Positions 47,920 to 57,238 of a DNA stretch of 64,000 nucleotides are shown here, one piece after another. The position numbers and the translations under genes were made by a program. The notes below the pieces were generated by a model, which saw only the letters and a list, made by a program, of their open reading frames with translations, was not told where the DNA came from and made no database searches. Source of the stretch: a virus. Its lineage: Duplodnaviria; Heunggongvirae; Uroviricota; Caudoviricetes. The DNA is taken from the IMG/VR virus record IMGVR_UViG_3300031088_000735, one strand, 5' to 3'. Every line of letters begins with the position of its first letter. Position 1 is the stretch's first letter.

Positions 47920-48126
47920 GACATAAAGCGGCTTTAACAGAATGGCCTTCGGGCCACACTTACAGCCTAACACTGATTAGGCATGCAATAAATACTATTT
48001 GAACTTTCAAATACAAAAAGACCCATTAATTTGGGTTTTTTTGTTTTTTTTTAGAGATATTCTGTTAGTTGCTTAGTTGTATTATTCATGGTATTATAAT
48101 ATAAAAACAATAATAATATTAAAAAT

Positions 48127-48987
48127 ATGAAAAAAATAATTATTGGATCACTTTCTGCATTAACAATCTGTATTACACAAGCGTCCTATATTGTAAAAGT
48201 AAACTTAGGTGAAGAAGTAACTTTTTATCAATGGGCTGATGAAACGCCATTATTAGGCCCGTGGATCAATACTGGTTCCGTTTACGATTGTTCTAATTGG
48301 TCACCATCTGTGGAATCAATGACAACAGGTGTTAGTTTTACTCAAACGGCTACTGATTGTAAGCAAGACCAAACCCAGTCTGCACAAAATAGAGAAGTTG
48401 ACAATGTGAGTGGCGTGGTTCGCAATAAAGGGGATGCTTATACAAATACTCAACATATTACAGCCAATAACACTCGAACCGCTATTGGATCACTGGAAAC
48501 GTGGAATGCTATTTCTGCTGATTACACCGTATGGGTAAACTCAGGATCTATTTATAACTGTGCGAATTGGTCACCAGCAACTTCGACTGTTGCTACTGGT
48601 CAATCTTTTACTCAAACGGCTACAGATTGTAAACAACCTCAATCACGTAACAAACAAGAGCGAGAACAAGAATCAACTACATTGGCTATTCGTAATAAAG
48701 GTGCTGCCATTATTGAAACTCAAAATATTGCTGCATCCTCTACAAGAACAGCTACTGGCACTAAAATTATGACTGAATGTCAGTTTAATGAAGCTGCTGG
48801 TTATTATTCTTATAACTTTGGTAGTGTGGCTGATTACATGTATATTTGGAATAACGAATATATTGGCGGTGGGCCTGCTGTTTTTAATTATAATGGTTAT
48901 CAATACTCTGTATCTACATTTGTTAGATCTGAAAACTCAGCATATATATTAACTAATTATTACTATATTTGTAGAAAACCTTTATAA
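48127..48987 (+). CDS. secreted protein with two ~90-aa Cys-containing repeats
   Basis: Signal peptide ending ITQA then SYIVKVNL; C-x-N-W-S-P...SFTQTATDCKQ repeated; DNA TTTTACTCAAACGGCTAC at 48336 and 48606 (270-nt period). Confidence 0.85.
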   Translation: MKKIIIGSLSALTICITQASYIVKVNLGEEVTFYQWADETPLLGPWINTGSVYDCSNWSPSVESMTTGVSFTQTATDCKQDQTQSAQNREVDNVSGVVRNKGDAYTNTQHITANNTRTAIGSLETWNAISADYTVWVNSGSIYNCANWSPATSTVATGQSFTQTATDCKQPQSRNKQEREQESTTLAIRNKGAAIIETQNIAASSTRTATGTKIMTECQFNEAAGYYSYNFGSVADYMYIWNNEYIGGGPAVFNYNGYQYSVSTFVRSENSAYILTNYYYICRKPL

Positions 48988-49075
48988 GCTATATAACAAA
49001 AAAAACAATTATTTTAAAATATTCTAAATCTTTTTGATAATTGTTTTCTAATAACTAATTAAATATGAGATTAAT

Positions 49076-50470
49076 ATGATAGACATGAAAATGCTAATGA
49101 TTGAAAACATTGTAACTGGTCAACGTTCTAATTTTTCAACCATGTCGTTAAATTCATCAATGAATTACATAAAAAATCAAGAAAAAATTAATGAATCTAT
49201 ATCGTCTTTGTTTGATAACATTTCTCCAACTGACCGTTATGTTTTCAATGATTCATTATTTAAAGGATCAGACAATGTTCAAAGTATGCAATTGTCAGCG
49301 ATACATACAGGTTTAGTTAATTTAGCTATACAAAACCCAGATTTCGCTAACTATGGATCAGACTATGTTAACTTAAATATTATTAAAAAAGCTTACGATA
49401 AGTTTGATGATAATGTAATATTATCAGAAGAAGGCAATAATTTATTAAAAAAATATAATTTAGAACCATCACAATTAAATGCTTTTGATTCTGATGAACT
49501 TCTTGACTCTTTAAAAAACAATCAAAAGAATTTATCAGTTCATTATTTAACGAATAAAACAAATACTTTTATGGTTCATTCTATTTCTGGATTTAAACCC
49601 GATGCCAATAGTCCGATTCAAGGTGATATAGGTCATTTAACAAAGGTTGAATTACTTAGAAGTGTCAGTCCTGAAATATCTTGCTCCACTTTTGTTAGTG
49701 GTGTTCGTCATGAAAACGTTGATTTTGGATATTCAACACTGGGTGTGATTGTCTCTGGCGGATCTGTTCTATTTGCTTCTGGTGGTGATGCTGGTACAAA
49801 AGTTGATTCTAATGGTGAACGATATAATTATGACTCTCAAATAGAACAATCTGACATTGAGCAAGTGTTAAAAGATAGAGATTATGGTGGATTAAACGAG
49901 ATAGTTGTAAAAAAACCTCAAATTGCAGGAGCTTATTTAAATCTAGACGCTCGAAAAGAAAATGAAAGAGGATTCAATATAACTCAATCTGTTTCAGCTA
50001 ATAATTTAATTTCATCTATTAACATGTTAAAGACGATGACACAAGATACTGAGAAACCTTTACCACAACTTGTGGTTTACAAAGGGGAGTTAAGAGAGGT
50101 GTCTTTTGATGTTGATAAAATAAAAGAGTTTAAGGAGTCTCTAGAAAGTTCATCATGGTATAATCTTTCTGATAAAGAGTTTCTTACTAAGTTTGCCACT
50201 CTTGGTGAGCCTTTGACACATAAAAAACTTAGTGAACTTGGAGAGACTAATGATCTCAGTAATTCTAGAAAGTTGGAGCTACTCGATAAAAATGAAAATT
50301 CATTGAGAGGTAATATAATTTCAAGAAAAGTTGCTGAACTTAGAGAGAAAACATCTGATGATGAAATTAATATGAATTTTTCTGTTTTTGATAACCTTAA
50401 CTATCAGAAAACGAAAGCTTACCTGCCTGATTATGCTCATAAGATTAAAAATTCTTCTAAACCAAATTAA
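49076..50470 (+). CDS. hypothetical protein with a candidate ADP-ribosyltransferase-like central domain and basic tail
   Basis: FMVHS...EISCST...GLNEIVV (H/R-S-E-like spacing); ends KIKNSSKPN; the CDS is firm, the ART call tentative. Confidence 0.45.
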   Translation: MIDMKMLMIENIVTGQRSNFSTMSLNSSMNYIKNQEKINESISSLFDNISPTDRYVFNDSLFKGSDNVQSMQLSAIHTGLVNLAIQNPDFANYGSDYVNLNIIKKAYDKFDDNVILSEEGNNLLKKYNLEPSQLNAFDSDELLDSLKNNQKNLSVHYLTNKTNTFMVHSISGFKPDANSPIQGDIGHLTKVELLRSVSPEISCSTFVSGVRHENVDFGYSTLGVIVSGGSVLFASGGDAGTKVDSNGERYNYDSQIEQSDIEQVLKDRDYGGLNEIVVKKPQIAGAYLNLDARKENERGFNITQSVSANNLISSINMLKTMTQDTEKPLPQLVVYKGELREVSFDVDKIKEFKESLESSSWYNLSDKEFLTKFATLGEPLTHKKLSELGETNDLSNSRKLELLDKNENSLRGNIISRKVAELREKTSDDEINMNFSVFDNLNYQKTKAYLPDYAHKIKNSSKPN

Positions 50471-50547
50471 CCTCTTCGGAGGTTTTTTCTTTAAGGTTCT
50501 CAAATAATTTGTGTCTTCAAAATATTTTTTTAAAATTAAAAAAAAGC

Positions 50548-50576
50548 TTTACACCTTTGCTACTTTTCGCTATACT
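50548..50576 (+). promoter_or_regulatory. promoter of micro-gene copy 1
   Basis: TTTACA-17-TATACT. Confidence 0.75.
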
Positions 50577-50611
50577 TCACCTACACAAACAAAAGGTAAC
50601 GGAGAAACACA

Positions 50612-50752
50612 ATGTCCCAAGTAGCACTGACCAAAGAGCAAGAAATCGACGCAGCTTACGCCCAGATGAAAGCTCAGGAACAAAAGGATAAAGATTCGGC
50701 TTGGAAGCAAGCTGACAAAGAACTGGGGCATCAGCAGAAGTCCTCGGTTTAA
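50612..50752 (+). CDS. 46-aa micro-protein, copy 1 (not in the ORF track)
   Basis: GGAG SD; MSQVALTKEQEIDAAYAQMKAQEQKDKDSAWKQADKELGHQQKSSV. Confidence 0.85.
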   Translation: MSQVALTKEQEIDAAYAQMKAQEQKDKDSAWKQADKELGHQQKSSV

Positions 50753-50846
50753 CACTGACCACAAAGAAAGCGGCCTTCGGGTCGCTTTTTTTATTTCTTT
50801 ATTTTATTTTATTGATATACTGTAATTAATTAACATTCAAGTACAT

Positions 50847-51659
50847 ATGAAACTAATTCATAATAAAATAACAAAATCTACTGAAAATATAACTAGAATA
50901 AACTATGAACATGAATTAACTACACTTGAAAAATATGTAGAAACAACCGCCGAATTATCGAATGTAGAAAATAAACAAGAGTTATTTTTTTCTTGGTTAA
51001 TCTATTCTTTATCTTTTTTAGGTGTTTTGTCCATTCTTGGTATTTTCTTTTCTTTTATTGACGGTAATGAATATGTTTCATTAGAGAGCACGCTTTTAGT
51101 CTATATTTCATTATGTATATTTGCTTACACATCTAAAGACTTTTTATATCTTCTGTTGGTTTTAAATATTATGAAATCTAATCTTAATATGCGAGTAAAG
51201 CTATCAAATATTCAAGAGCATAAACTGGTTTCTGGTGGTTATTTATATTTGGTAAAAGTTCTTGTTGTTATTTTAAGTATTCTTTTATTATTTAGTTTTG
51301 CCGCATATTTTACTAACTATCTTAAACATCCATTATTAACATCATTGTTAATTTATTTATTATTATTGACTACTGTTAATGTCGTTCGCAAAAAACTTCA
51401 TATAGCTGTTCACATATCATTCTTTATTTTTACACTTTTGTTATGTCTTATTAATCTATTTGTATTAGCTGATATTAGACATGAAGAACGATTGAACTCT
51501 TATGAGGAACCTCTGTATACAGATAAAGAAATCGAACTTGAAAAAGAAGCTGACGTACACGAAATAATTGACGATTTCATGAGTAAACTAATTATTAATG
51601 AACTAACGAAAGATAAAGAAGAACATCAATCTTTAATAAATGAACATATAAACAAATAA
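50847..51659 (+). CDS. multi-TM membrane protein, tandem paralog 1
   Basis: Several hydrophobic helices; EHKLVSG..VKV...HP..SLLIYLLL shared with 51884. Confidence 0.8.
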   Translation: MKLIHNKITKSTENITRINYEHELTTLEKYVETTAELSNVENKQELFFSWLIYSLSFLGVLSILGIFFSFIDGNEYVSLESTLLVYISLCIFAYTSKDFLYLLLVLNIMKSNLNMRVKLSNIQEHKLVSGGYLYLVKVLVVILSILLLFSFAAYFTNYLKHPLLTSLLIYLLLLTTVNVVRKKLHIAVHISFFIFTLLLCLINLFVLADIRHEERLNSYEEPLYTDKEIELEKEADVHEIIDDFMSKLIINELTKDKEEHQSLINEHINK

Positions 51660-51883
51660 AGAGCAGACATTCTAAAAAAGACTTCATGGTCTTTTTTATT
51701 TATTAAAATATACTTTTTTATTTTTTTTGATATACTGTAATTAACATTCAAGTATATATGAAAATTCGCAATGAAAATATCATTAATAAACTCAAAAAGA
51801 GTCAAAAAAAACCATACACATATGAAAAACATGATGACGTAAAGTTAAAGAAATAAGAAGAATTAAAAGCTGATTTATGTCCT

Positions 51884-52546
51884 ATGGAAGACCCATCTGA
51901 TATGATCATTACTTGGCTTTTGGTTTCATTTGGTATTATAGGTGGTATTTTCTTTTTAGATGTTTTCTTATCTTTTTTTACTGGGCGAACCGAATTTAAT
52001 ATTGATTTTTCTACAGTCCCCTATCTTATTTCAGCTATTTTTATTTTAGCTGCCAGTGTGTTTTTCATGTTCTATTTGAATTCAAAAATAACACAATCAG
52101 ATTTATCACTTGATGAAAAAATAGACAGACTTGAAAATAATAAACTTGTTTCTGGATTTCATTTAGTGTTTGTTAAAGTTATGATATTTAATTTGTTTAT
52201 TTTATTGTTATATAGTTTTTATTGTTATTTCGACCCTGAAATAACACATCCATTTGGAAATTCTTTTATTATTTACTTATTGCTTATGATATTTATCAAT
52301 ATCGTTAAAAAGAATGTTTCTTTATTCTATTACATTACCTTTGCGATTATCAGTTGCATATTGTATCTTTTTAATTATATTGCATTTGGTGATATAGCTT
52401 ATGCAGAAGAAGACAACGAAGATGATACACATCAAACTCAATCTGTTGATCCTGATGAAAATCTTAACTTTGACGAATACAGAAATAACGAAAAACCAGA
52501 TTATATTCCAACACCTGAACCTTTTGAAAATTTCAAAAAGAAATAA
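51884..52546 (+). CDS. multi-TM membrane protein, tandem paralog 2 (5' end disrupted; original start probably 51758)
   Basis: ENNKLVSG..VKV...HPFGNSFIIYLLL; the duplicated promoter/start region leads to ATG 51758, which is followed by in-frame stops. Confidence 0.7.
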   Translation: MEDPSDMIITWLLVSFGIIGGIFFLDVFLSFFTGRTEFNIDFSTVPYLISAIFILAASVFFMFYLNSKITQSDLSLDEKIDRLENNKLVSGFHLVFVKVMIFNLFILLLYSFYCYFDPEITHPFGNSFIIYLLLMIFINIVKKNVSLFYYITFAIISCILYLFNYIAFGDIAYAEEDNEDDTHQTQSVDPDENLNFDEYRNNEKPDYIPTPEPFENFKKK

Positions 52547-52622
52547 AAAAGACCTTCAGGTCTTTTTTCTTGCCTAAAATACCAATGTTTGCTATAATAG
52601 ACCTCTAATTCAGGAGGTTTCT

Positions 52623-53357
52623 ATGATCATTGACCCGATTTACAAAAGTGAATACTCCGACAGTCTTTTGAAGATGTCGTACACCTTTGCAATGGAAGGC
52701 CATGCTTCTGTCATCTCTTTGCGTGAGGGTGATTTGGTTGCCTTCATGAAGAAATACACATCAGATATTGATGTAGACGCTTACAAAACGGCATCACTGA
52801 AAAAGATGGCTAACGATCAGCGTTATCATCTGCAGGTGAAAGTTCGCTATAATCTGGACAAAGTTATTGAACCAGTCTTCTGTGTTGGTCTTTACGACAT
52901 GTCTTTTTCGGACGATGATTTTTATGCCGTTGATGGATTTAAAGATTTTGTCGAAGGCGACAATTTTCCAGCTCTCTTTGAAGTAGCCGAAAAGATTGTC
53001 GATACGTTGTATACAGATGGAGCTTTGTATATCACTCGTAAGATTGATTTCAAAGAGCGTTTCTGGTCTTTTGAGCAAGGGGCTGTTTGTGAAACTGAAT
53101 TTCATTCGTTGGTTTTGAAGGATGCTGCAATTCAGGCGATTGCCCAACATATTCGTCAGGATGTTGAACTCAACGGTGCTGGCACGTTAGCGAAAGCTGA
53201 AAAATCGGCTAACACGTTTTACATGCCTATGTCGTTTGAGAGCTTCAAAGAACAATGGCCGGTTGATTTAAAGCTTTTAAAATCAAGCGATTTGAGTTAT
53301 AATACGTTCAGAAACTTCCTTCAAAAATACAATCTTAACAAGGTAAAAGAGGTCTAA
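52623..53357 (+). CDS. hypothetical protein, tandem paralog 1
   Basis: AGGAGG SD; DLVAFMKKYTSDID...VRYNLD..IEP shared with the next gene. Confidence 0.8.
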   Translation: MIIDPIYKSEYSDSLLKMSYTFAMEGHASVISLREGDLVAFMKKYTSDIDVDAYKTASLKKMANDQRYHLQVKVRYNLDKVIEPVFCVGLYDMSFSDDDFYAVDGFKDFVEGDNFPALFEVAEKIVDTLYTDGALYITRKIDFKERFWSFEQGAVCETEFHSLVLKDAAIQAIAQHIRQDVELNGAGTLAKAEKSANTFYMPMSFESFKEQWPVDLKLLKSSDLSYNTFRNFLQKYNLNKVKEV

Positions 53358-53358
53358 T

Positions 53359-54099
53359 ATGCACATTGGAAAACAACTTCAAGTTCCTTATGTGGTTGAA
53401 ATTGCAGAACTCAGTTATTCGATTTCTTTGAAAAACGGCTGTTCTGTTAAAATCAGCGGGCCTGATCTCATTAACTTCATGGAGCGTTATGTTCCTGATA
53501 TTGATATGACACCTTACGCAGATTTTGCGACTCAGTATCGTAAACGCAGTCAGGCGATTGATTTGCTCTACGCTATTCGCTATGTGCTTGACCCCATTAC
53601 CCAGCCATATCTCTATTCTCAGATGTATGAACAGTCTTTTGATATGGATGATGATAGTAGCGACCGTCCACGTTATGAAGATCTGAAAGCCACTGACATG
53701 GATAATCTGTTGGGAGCACTGGCAGCTTTCTACAATAGCGTGAAAACAGGCGAGAAAGAAAAGTTTAAGCCCATTGAACAACTCTCTGGCGATGGGGCTT
53801 GCAAATGGTCGTTTAATGGTAACCTAATGACGTTGGCTGATGACGAGTCTGTTATTACCTTGACTGAAACTTCGGTTGCTTACCTGACCAACCATTTCCG
53901 CAATGACTTCATTGTGAATGGTCAAGAAAACCTGCAGGCCAGTAGTAATGGCAAAATAGATTTTGATAAGTATATTTCACTGGAATATTTCCTTGAAAAT
54001 TTTGAACAGGATATTGCCAAATTTAAAGCTGATGGCATGACCTACGAAGGGTTTGTTGACTTCCTTCTGGCTTACAAAATTTGCGAAAAATACGAATAA
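53359..54099 (+). CDS. hypothetical protein, tandem paralog 2
   Basis: GAGG SD; DLINFMERYVPDID...IRYVLD.ITQP. Confidence 0.8.
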   Translation: MHIGKQLQVPYVVEIAELSYSISLKNGCSVKISGPDLINFMERYVPDIDMTPYADFATQYRKRSQAIDLLYAIRYVLDPITQPYLYSQMYEQSFDMDDDSSDRPRYEDLKATDMDNLLGALAAFYNSVKTGEKEKFKPIEQLSGDGACKWSFNGNLMTLADDESVITLTETSVAYLTNHFRNDFIVNGQENLQASSNGKIDFDKYISLEYFLENFEQDIAKFKADGMTYEGFVDFLLAYKICEKYE

Positions 54100-54104
54100 A
54101 ACGC

Positions 54105-54133
54105 TTTACATAAAACCAGTTTTTAGCTATACT
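54105..54133 (+). promoter_or_regulatory. promoter of micro-gene copy 2
   Basis: TTTACA-17-TATACT. Confidence 0.75.
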
Positions 54134-54167
54134 AATCTCACACAAACAGAAGCAATGGAGAAACACC

Positions 54168-54302
54168 ATGACCCAAGTAGCACTGACCAAAGAGCAAGAA
54201 ATCGAAGCCGCTTACGCTCAGATGAAGGCTCAGGAACAAAAAGACAAGAACGCCGCGTGGGAACGTGCGGAATCCGACCAGAACAAAGGCAAAGATCTGT
54301 AA
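54168..54302 (+). CDS. 44-aa micro-protein, copy 2
   Basis: GGAG SD; MTQVALTKEQEIEAAYAQMKAQEQKDKNAAWERAESDQNKGKDL. Confidence 0.85.
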   Translation: MTQVALTKEQEIEAAYAQMKAQEQKDKNAAWERAESDQNKGKDL

Positions 54303-54427
54303 TAGGTCAAGCTAACGAACAAAAAGCCCTTCACGGGGCTTTTTTTGTTTCTATGGTTTCTTAAAACTACCTTTTTGTGTTTTTTTGTGGTATAATCACC
54401 TTTCAATTTTAATAGAGTATTTGAACA

Positions 54428-55084
54428 ATGCCAACAAAGACTACATTTATCGTTTTGGATAATGAAGACCATCTAGATGATTTTGACAGTCATTCGCTTG
54501 ATTTCAACCATGAAAGTGATCTGGATAAAGTGGCTGGTGTTATTTTCCGTGACACTCGTAAATCAATGTCTTACCTTCCGGTTTTTTATTATGATCGTGA
54601 AGGCTACATCACAGGTTTTGAAGGCTGGGGTTGTGGTGGACACGAAGTTGTTGAAGTCATTGACGTTCCGTCAGATTTGGACTTGTCCACAACTCTGGTT
54701 ACTATCGAACCACCAAAATCGAAATTGCCGTATTATCGTTATAGTGCGAGAGCAAGCCAAGAAGGCGGTCAAGGAGGTCTTGAAGTCAAGATTTACACTA
54801 AGCAATCTAATTTGCAGCCTGTCATTGTGGTTAAAGCCATTGTCACACAACTGCTTAAAAAAGATGTTTCGCCTATTTTGGATTTGAAGCTTGCTGTTTA
54901 TCAAGATTTCAAAGATGGGCGGTTAAATCAGCCTAATGACCCTTATTATTCAGTGATGGAAAAAGAAGCTGTTTCACTGGTTAATGCAATTGACCAGAAG
55001 TTTCAAGATGGCGATCATAATCCAACCTCGCTGATTATGTTGGTTCATCATTTCTTGGTGAGTGGTATTGCTGGTGCTGCTTAA
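54428..55084 (+). CDS. hypothetical protein
   Basis: TGGTATAAT promoter; 218 aa. Confidence 0.8.
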   Translation: MPTKTTFIVLDNEDHLDDFDSHSLDFNHESDLDKVAGVIFRDTRKSMSYLPVFYYDREGYITGFEGWGCGGHEVVEVIDVPSDLDLSTTLVTIEPPKSKLPYYRYSARASQEGGQGGLEVKIYTKQSNLQPVIVVKAIVTQLLKKDVSPILDLKLAVYQDFKDGRLNQPNDPYYSVMEKEAVSLVNAIDQKFQDGDHNPTSLIMLVHHFLVSGIAGAA

Positions 55085-55182
55085 CAAATTTTTTTATAAA
55101 ATTGGCCTTCGGGCCTTTTTTTTGCTTGTTGCAATTATATTTTTTGTTGATAAACTAACGATAATCAACATTTAATTTAATT

Positions 55183-55365
55183 ATGAAAACAGATAATATT
55201 AAAACAGATAAAACCACAATTGTCGCTATAACCGGCCTTATTCTTTTTGTATTAGGTTTTATAGCCTTCTTTCTTTTAAGTGATTTTAATCACACTGGTG
55301 TTTTAGATAATTGTAAGCGTAATAATGACAATTATTCCATGAATTGTAGACAATCTGATTTATAA
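55183..55365 (+). CDS. small single-TM protein with two Cys
   Basis: 60 aa; same architecture as the next gene. Confidence 0.6.
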   Translation: MKTDNIKTDKTTIVAITGLILFVLGFIAFFLLSDFNHTGVLDNCKRNNDNYSMNCRQSDL

Positions 55366-55427
55366 TCAAATTTTGCAATTAAATTTTTGTTTGTTATCCT
55401 TGAAGATGACCAACCTTTATTTCTATT

Positions 55428-55610
55428 ATGAAACAAAAAACAGCTATCATTATCACTACAACCAGCTTCATTGCTTTTGTCATAGCTTATGGTGCTATAT
55501 ATTTTTCTGGATCATATGACCAAATTGGTGATTATGAGGATTGTCGCTATCCTAGCTATTCAAGATATTCGCACAATTCAGAAACGTCATTTTGTCCAAA
55601 CAAATATTAA
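55428..55610 (+). CDS. small single-TM protein with two Cys
   Basis: 60 aa. Confidence 0.6.
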   Translation: MKQKTAIIITTTSFIAFVIAYGAIYFSGSYDQIGDYEDCRYPSYSRYSHNSETSFCPNKY

Positions 55611-55672
55611 ATTGAATTGCTTTTTTTATCATTTTTTTGTATAATTCCTTATCTTATTAAAGGTAAATACCT

Positions 55673-56575
55673 ATGCCTACTCCAACATTACGTTTCACTG
55701 GATTCAAAGATGCCAATGGTCTGGATATCCATGAGGGTGACTATCTCGTTCTCAAACTCAGTGACCTACCCGAAGAAGAAATCAAACAACGCACGTTGAA
55801 TGTCATGATGGACGCCTATGATATTCAATACATGCAAGCCTACATCAAGCCGACTGGTCAACTTCGCTATGACCTCGACGTTATTTATGTCGATGGTAAT
55901 AACCGGGCATTAACCGAAGTCGAATATGCGTTCATTTATGAGCAGCATGACATGAGCAAAGAAGATTTTTGGACGGAATTTGCAACACATTCCAAGCTTG
56001 ATGAAATTGAAACCAGCCCAAGCTTCCATTATTTCTCTATGTTAAACGGTATGGTAAAAACTAAATTGTGGTCAAAATCACAACCGCTGGTTAATCGTGA
56101 CCATATTCAGGCAATGGATTTGCAACTGGTTGACAATCAACAAAATCCAATCACTCAGGGGCAACATTTCTTGTTTACTGTTCCTGATGATGTTTTCAAT
56201 GCGGAACACAACACTTTTTATGGTGGAAATCTTGGTAAAGACATGCGAAAAATCGCCTGCCGTCATTTTTTGGTGTATGTTATTCCCACTGAATTTTTGG
56301 CCGTTCGTTTGATGACGTGTTTTCTTAAAGATGACATGACACCGTTTACCATTGCAGAAGATGAACAAATTTTTGAACATGACGCTGAGTATTTTGCTCA
56401 TGATGGCATTGATCTGAATACTGTTGATAAGCAAGAAGTATCCTTATCTTATGTAGAAGACGCCTTTACCTTTGTTCGTTATCTTACGGGTAAACGTTGG
56501 TTAGTTTACGAACCTAATCCAGCGATTGATTTATCCAAACTCAAAGTTGGCTACAAACACTTTTTCTCAGCTTAA
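55673..56575 (+). CDS. YopX-like domain protein (apparently two degenerate units)
   Basis: RFTGFKDANGLDIHEGDYL matches the YopX pattern (Q-F/Y-T-G-L-K-D-K-N-G-x-E-I-Y-E-G-D); second weak unit LVDNQQNPITQGQHFL. Confidence 0.6.
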   Translation: MPTPTLRFTGFKDANGLDIHEGDYLVLKLSDLPEEEIKQRTLNVMMDAYDIQYMQAYIKPTGQLRYDLDVIYVDGNNRALTEVEYAFIYEQHDMSKEDFWTEFATHSKLDEIETSPSFHYFSMLNGMVKTKLWSKSQPLVNRDHIQAMDLQLVDNQQNPITQGQHFLFTVPDDVFNAEHNTFYGGNLGKDMRKIACRHFLVYVIPTEFLAVRLMTCFLKDDMTPFTIAEDEQIFEHDAEYFAHDGIDLNTVDKQEVSLSYVEDAFTFVRYLTGKRWLVYEPNPAIDLSKLKVGYKHFFSA

Positions 56576-56589
56576 TAGGAGATTATTAA

Positions 56590-56853
56590 ATGAAACTGCC
56601 ATTTCTACAAACTTATTCCAAAAGTCTTACCAGAATTGATGATGTGTTAGTTGCACTTCATCATATTGCTCATACAGCACCTGTTTTTACAGACCATATT
56701 AATGTTTCTGTCAACAGGCCATTAGAGATTAAAGCTTTGAAACAAGTCACTCTTATCGACGGTTCAGTTCATTATGTGGCTGCTAAATTATTTAATAGTT
56801 TGATCGATGTTGAAACGCCTTACGGACTTCAAGCAGATGATAATGGGGAATAA
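56590..56853 (+). CDS. small hypothetical protein
   Basis: AGGAG SD. Confidence 0.7.
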   Translation: MKLPFLQTYSKSLTRIDDVLVALHHIAHTAPVFTDHINVSVNRPLEIKALKQVTLIDGSVHYVAAKLFNSLIDVETPYGLQADDNGE

Positions 56854-56892
56854 AAAAACCACCTGAGAAGGTGGTTTTCTGTTTCTGGTGGA

Positions 56893-57078
56893 TTACTCTC
56901 TACCTGAAAAATCCGTCTGCAAATACGCATCTTCTGAACGTGCGTCTTGCATTTTCTTTTCAACGATGTATTTCAATTCATCCAGCAAACCAGCAGCTTT
57001 GAATTTTTCAAAGACTTCGTTACATTTTTCGACATCTTCAACCTTGTCTTGCCAATGATACAATTCTTCTATTTCCAT
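56893..57078 (-). CDS. small acidic hypothetical protein
   Basis: GGAG SD before ATG 57078. Confidence 0.65.
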   Translation of the reverse strand: MEIEELYHWQDKVEDVEKCNEVFEKFKAAGLLDELKYIVEKKMQDARSEDAYLQTDFSGRE

Positions 57079-57238
57079 GTCAAACACTCCACCTATGAAA
57101 TTTCTTGTATGTATTATACTTTATTTTAAATTTTTATTCAATTAAAAAAATACATTTATTGCGTTTACGTTGAAATAGGTTGTCTTGAAAGCTGTTTTTT
57201 GCTATAATGGCTTCATTAAATATCTACGGAAGCCTACC

